Made by a program: the position numbers and the translations under genes | From: a virus | UHGV virus genome: UHGV-1351333 | DNA: 64,000 bases | Direction: 5' to 3' (one strand) | Notes under the pieces: model-generated | Told to the model about the DNA's origin: nothing | The model's database searches: none | The model's input: only the letters and a program-made list of their open reading frames with translations | In this document: piece by piece, positions 61,475 to 64,000 of the stretch | Layout of the letters: each line of letters begins with the position of its first letter | Numbering within the stretch: position 1 is the first letter of the stretch

Positions 61475-62920
61475 TTGTTAATTTATTTGCCGGAAATGGA
61501 CGCGGTTTTGTCTCAACTTTGCTGGATTCCGAAAATGCGGCTGACTCCGACCCAGGAAGCGGAATTGATTTCCGACCTGACTATTTACCCTCGGATTTCC
61601 GGGTTTTCGGACAACGCGCCGTTGAAGAAGATTCAAACGTTCATTTCCGGCAAAACGTATCTTGGCGTGCCGTGTTTCTACGGGCGGCAATGGTGTGATA
61701 AGCACCGCATTGCAGTCAAAGACGACACGTCTTCCGGCTTTAATATTTCCAAATACATCCGGGCGTTGCCTGACCCGCATCATCCGTCCGCTTCCCAGGG
61801 GCAGGAAGAATTCTTTTCTTCCATGCTGGAAGCGGTCAAGGCCAACAACACCGTACTGGCCGAAGCTCCTACCGGGAGCGGAAAAACCGTAACGGCGTTA
61901 AATGCCATTGGCCGTCTAGGCCGCTCGGCGCTGATAATCGTCCCGAATGGTCCGCTGATGGAACAGTGGAAAAAAGAGGCTATCCGGCATTTGGGCCTGA
62001 AAGACGGGGAAGTCGGCGTGATTGGTGGCGGCAAATCCTCCTGGCGGGATAAGCCGGTGGTAGTGGCTATCATCCACAATATCTGCATGGCGTCCATGCC
62101 GGATGCGTTTTACAGGTCGTTCGGAATCACGGTATGGGATGAGGCCCATGTCGTGGGGGCGGAGTGGTTCAGTTTGTCGACGCAGCATTTGCGTTCAAAA
62201 TACCGGATTGCCATTACCGCCACCCCAAACCGTTCGGACGGGTGCATGCGGATTGTCACCGACGCTTTCGGCCCCGTTGCCGTGAAGCATAGCGGGAACG
62301 CGGTACCTGTGATTTACGCTCCGTTGAGCTATAGTCTCCCGGCTAAACTGCGGGCCTGGGCCGACCGCGCCCAGGGCAAAGAAATGTCCAGAGTGCTAAA
62401 GGCGCTGACTGCCGACGCGGCGCGGAATATTAAAATCGGAAGGCTGGCGCTTGCCGGGTACAAAAAAAACCGTAACATCCTGCTGATTTCCGACCGCATT
62501 TCCCATTTGGAGGCGATGCACGACATTTTGACCCATCTGGGCGTTCCGCCTGAACACATAGGCATGTTTTCCGGGGCGGTGAAAGGCGATAAAGCCGCGG
62601 ACGGAAAGAAAAAGCTGACCAAAAAACAGAAACTGGATGATGTGGTCAAAAATCCGAAGTACCGGGTGATTTTAGCTACCTACGCGATGATGAAACTCGG
62701 AATTGATATTCCGCGGCTCGACATGGGAATCGACATCAGCCCGAAAAGTGAAGCCGTGCAGACGGTGGGGCGTATCAGGAGGCCGTTTCTGAATAAGCCG
62801 ACCCCGGTCTGGTTCACAGTTGTCGATTCGGGCCGGAGATTCCAGGCGTTGTATCGTAGCCGGGAAATGGAGCTGCTGTCAAAAGGCAGCGTGGAAATAA
62901 AACCGATTAAAACTTTATGA
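61475..62920 (+). CDS. SF2 DEAD/DEAH-box helicase
   Basis: Walker A AEAPTGSGKT. Walker B / motif II VWDEAH. Motif III ATPNR. Confidence 0.75.
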   Translation: MLIYLPEMDAVLSQLCWIPKMRLTPTQEAELISDLTIYPRISGFSDNAPLKKIQTFISGKTYLGVPCFYGRQWCDKHRIAVKDDTSSGFNISKYIRALPDPHHPSASQGQEEFFSSMLEAVKANNTVLAEAPTGSGKTVTALNAIGRLGRSALIIVPNGPLMEQWKKEAIRHLGLKDGEVGVIGGGKSSWRDKPVVVAIIHNICMASMPDAFYRSFGITVWDEAHVVGAEWFSLSTQHLRSKYRIAITATPNRSDGCMRIVTDAFGPVAVKHSGNAVPVIYAPLSYSLPAKLRAWADRAQGKEMSRVLKALTADAARNIKIGRLALAGYKKNRNILLISDRISHLEAMHDILTHLGVPPEHIGMFSGAVKGDKAADGKKKLTKKQKLDDVVKNPKYRVILATYAMMKLGIDIPRLDMGIDISPKSEAVQTVGRIRRPFLNKPTPVWFTVVDSGRRFQALYRSREMELLSKGSVEIKPIKTL

Positions 62921-63462
62921 CATTGAGCGAAACTAACAAACCCGCTGTGGAGGCCGGGGCCGGGCATGATTCTGCGCGGCTTCATGGCCGCAAAAAAAAA
63001 TACGAAACAAAGCGTGAAATGCAGATAGCGAAAAACCGCTACCACAAAACGCTGACTTATAAAGTCAAAAACCGGGCGCGGTATCATGTGGATTCCGATT
63101 ACCGGGAATCGGTGCGACTGCAAAACCGGAAAGCAAATGAACGGAAGAAACGCATCATGCTGGCGCAAGCAGTCGTCCGGGGAGGGAAGTACCTGCGTGC
63201 GGTGATGAATGAACCGCCCATTGTCGTTGCCGGGGAAGAGCTGATAACAAGAAAAAGATTTTTGGAGTTAATCAGCCGGTCATATCCAACCCTGGTACGG
63301 TGGAGGGTACACAGGAAATTCACCGTGGAGGAAGTGCACATTTCCGTGGTCCGGAACGGTCGGATTGTCCCCCGTCTGGAACAGATCGCCTACCGGAAAA
63401 AAGACCTAATCCAGTTCATCGACGCCAACCGAGAATATGTCGGGTTGACGAAAACGAATTAA
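62917..63462 (+). CDS. hypothetical basic protein
   Basis: 181-aa Lys/Arg-rich ORF. Confidence 0.4.
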   Translation: MTLSETNKPAVEAGAGHDSARLHGRKKKYETKREMQIAKNRYHKTLTYKVKNRARYHVDSDYRESVRLQNRKANERKKRIMLAQAVVRGGKYLRAVMNEPPIVVAGEELITRKRFLELISRSYPTLVRWRVHRKFTVEEVHISVVRNGRIVPRLEQIAYRKKDLIQFIDANREYVGLTKTN

Positions 63463-63472
63463 ACATTTCCTC

Positions 63473-63498
63473 AATTTGCAACGATTGCAAATTTTTTT
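63473..63498. repeat. palindromic motif copy 15
   Basis: aatttgcaacgattgcaaattttttt after 63462. Confidence 0.85.
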
Positions 63499-63524
63499 AT
63501 CAAAAACCAGAAACAAAAATAACC

Positions 63525-63902
63525 ATGAGTCAAGAAACATCCAGCCGTTCCAGAGCGTTGCCGCCGCAAGGCGGTTCAGCTATCGTGGAAACCGCCGTCA
63601 CGCAGAACCGCGTCCCAGTAACCGGCGGGGCGCATTCCATGCCGCTGAATCCGTTGTACAATGATAACCGCCCGTCAAATAATCCGGCGTATGTAGCCGT
63701 TGGCGCGTCCCTGACGCTTCCGGGGCTGCAAATGTATTCATCCGTGAAAATCATGGCTACAGTCACCCTTCCGGCTTTTCCGGATGATGAATCCATTCAG
63801 GCTGCGGCGCAGGCCGCCGGAAATATGGCGGAGACGTTTTTATACGAAGAAGCCGACCGTTTTAAAGATTTTCTTCCGGAAGAAGGGAGGGGGCGTTGCT
63901 GA
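63525..63902 (+). CDS. hypothetical protein
   Basis: ATG 63525 downstream of the palindromic motif. In ORF-track frame 63300..63902. Confidence 0.35.
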   Translation: MSQETSSRSRALPPQGGSAIVETAVTQNRVPVTGGAHSMPLNPLYNDNRPSNNPAYVAVGASLTLPGLQMYSSVKIMATVTLPAFPDDESIQAAAQAAGNMAETFLYEEADRFKDFLPEEGRGRC

Positions 63903-64000
63903 TGGCCGGGGAATCGCCAAAACGGTCGAGGTCGCAAAAAGTATCTGCCCCGGCGGGGCTGGCCGAACTGCGTGCCGACCTTGTGAAAGGCGGGCGTGGG

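Overview
The window reads as one contiguous stretch of a tailed dsDNA phage genome, GC-rich by eye, with about 80 genes of which all but six are on the + strand. No integrase, repressor, CRISPR array, rRNA or convincing tRNA was seen.

Gene order along the + strand:
- **Early block (0.06-3.1 kb):** small early-type proteins, including zinc ribbons, an ASCH-like protein and a NUMOD-like DNA binder.
- **Accessory genes (3.2-9.8 kb):** an 800-aa tail fibre displaced from the tail module, a low-molecular-weight protein tyrosine phosphatase and a pentapeptide-repeat protein.
- **Sulfate-activation/sulfation cassette (9.8-13.7 kb):** sulfotransferase, CysD, GT32 glycosyltransferase, CysN-like GTPase, zinc ribbon and CysC APS kinase, closed by an intrinsic terminator. 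This is the strongest candidate for the 'new system'.
- **Unknowns and morphogenesis start (13.9-22.3 kb):** a possible sliding clamp, a GroES co-chaperonin, a GT2 glycosyltransferase, the portal, and a MuF head-morphogenesis protein with a long C-terminal extension.
- **Head genes (22.3-29 kb):** a GT11 fucosyltransferase-like gene, prohead protease and major capsid protein.
- **Tail module (29-40 kb):** neck and tail genes, a 1056-aa tape measure, and an 816-aa tail protein with three poly-Ser linkers.
- **Minus-strand cassette (40.4-42 kb):** four small genes driven by duplicated 59-bp promoter repeats.
- **Lysis region (42.1-46.6 kb):** two tandem GT25 glycosyltransferases and a lysis cluster (lipoprotein spanin candidate, holin-like protein, lysozyme-like endolysin), interrupted by a ~450-bp AT-rich iteron region.
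- **AAA+ ATPase module (46.9-50.4 kb):** an AAA+ ATPase followed by four small unknown proteins.
- **Replication module (50.5-63 kb):** wHTH initiator-like protein, DnaB-like helicase, family A DNA polymerase with 3'-5' exonuclease, Lys/Ala/Pro-rich protein, RNase H, DnaG-like primase, SSB-like protein and an SF2 helicase.

Non-coding architecture is unusually legible:
- Nine sigma70-like promoters with consensus TTGCAA-N17-TAnAnT.
- Several hairpin+T-run terminators.
- A 20-27 bp perfect palindrome (AAATTTGCAAT-N-ATTGCAAATTT) in 15 intergenic copies, roughly every 2-6 kb.
- A 55-bp hairpin-containing leader repeated at 1..55 and 58375..58429.

All functional calls rest on motifs recognised by eye and have not been checked against any database.
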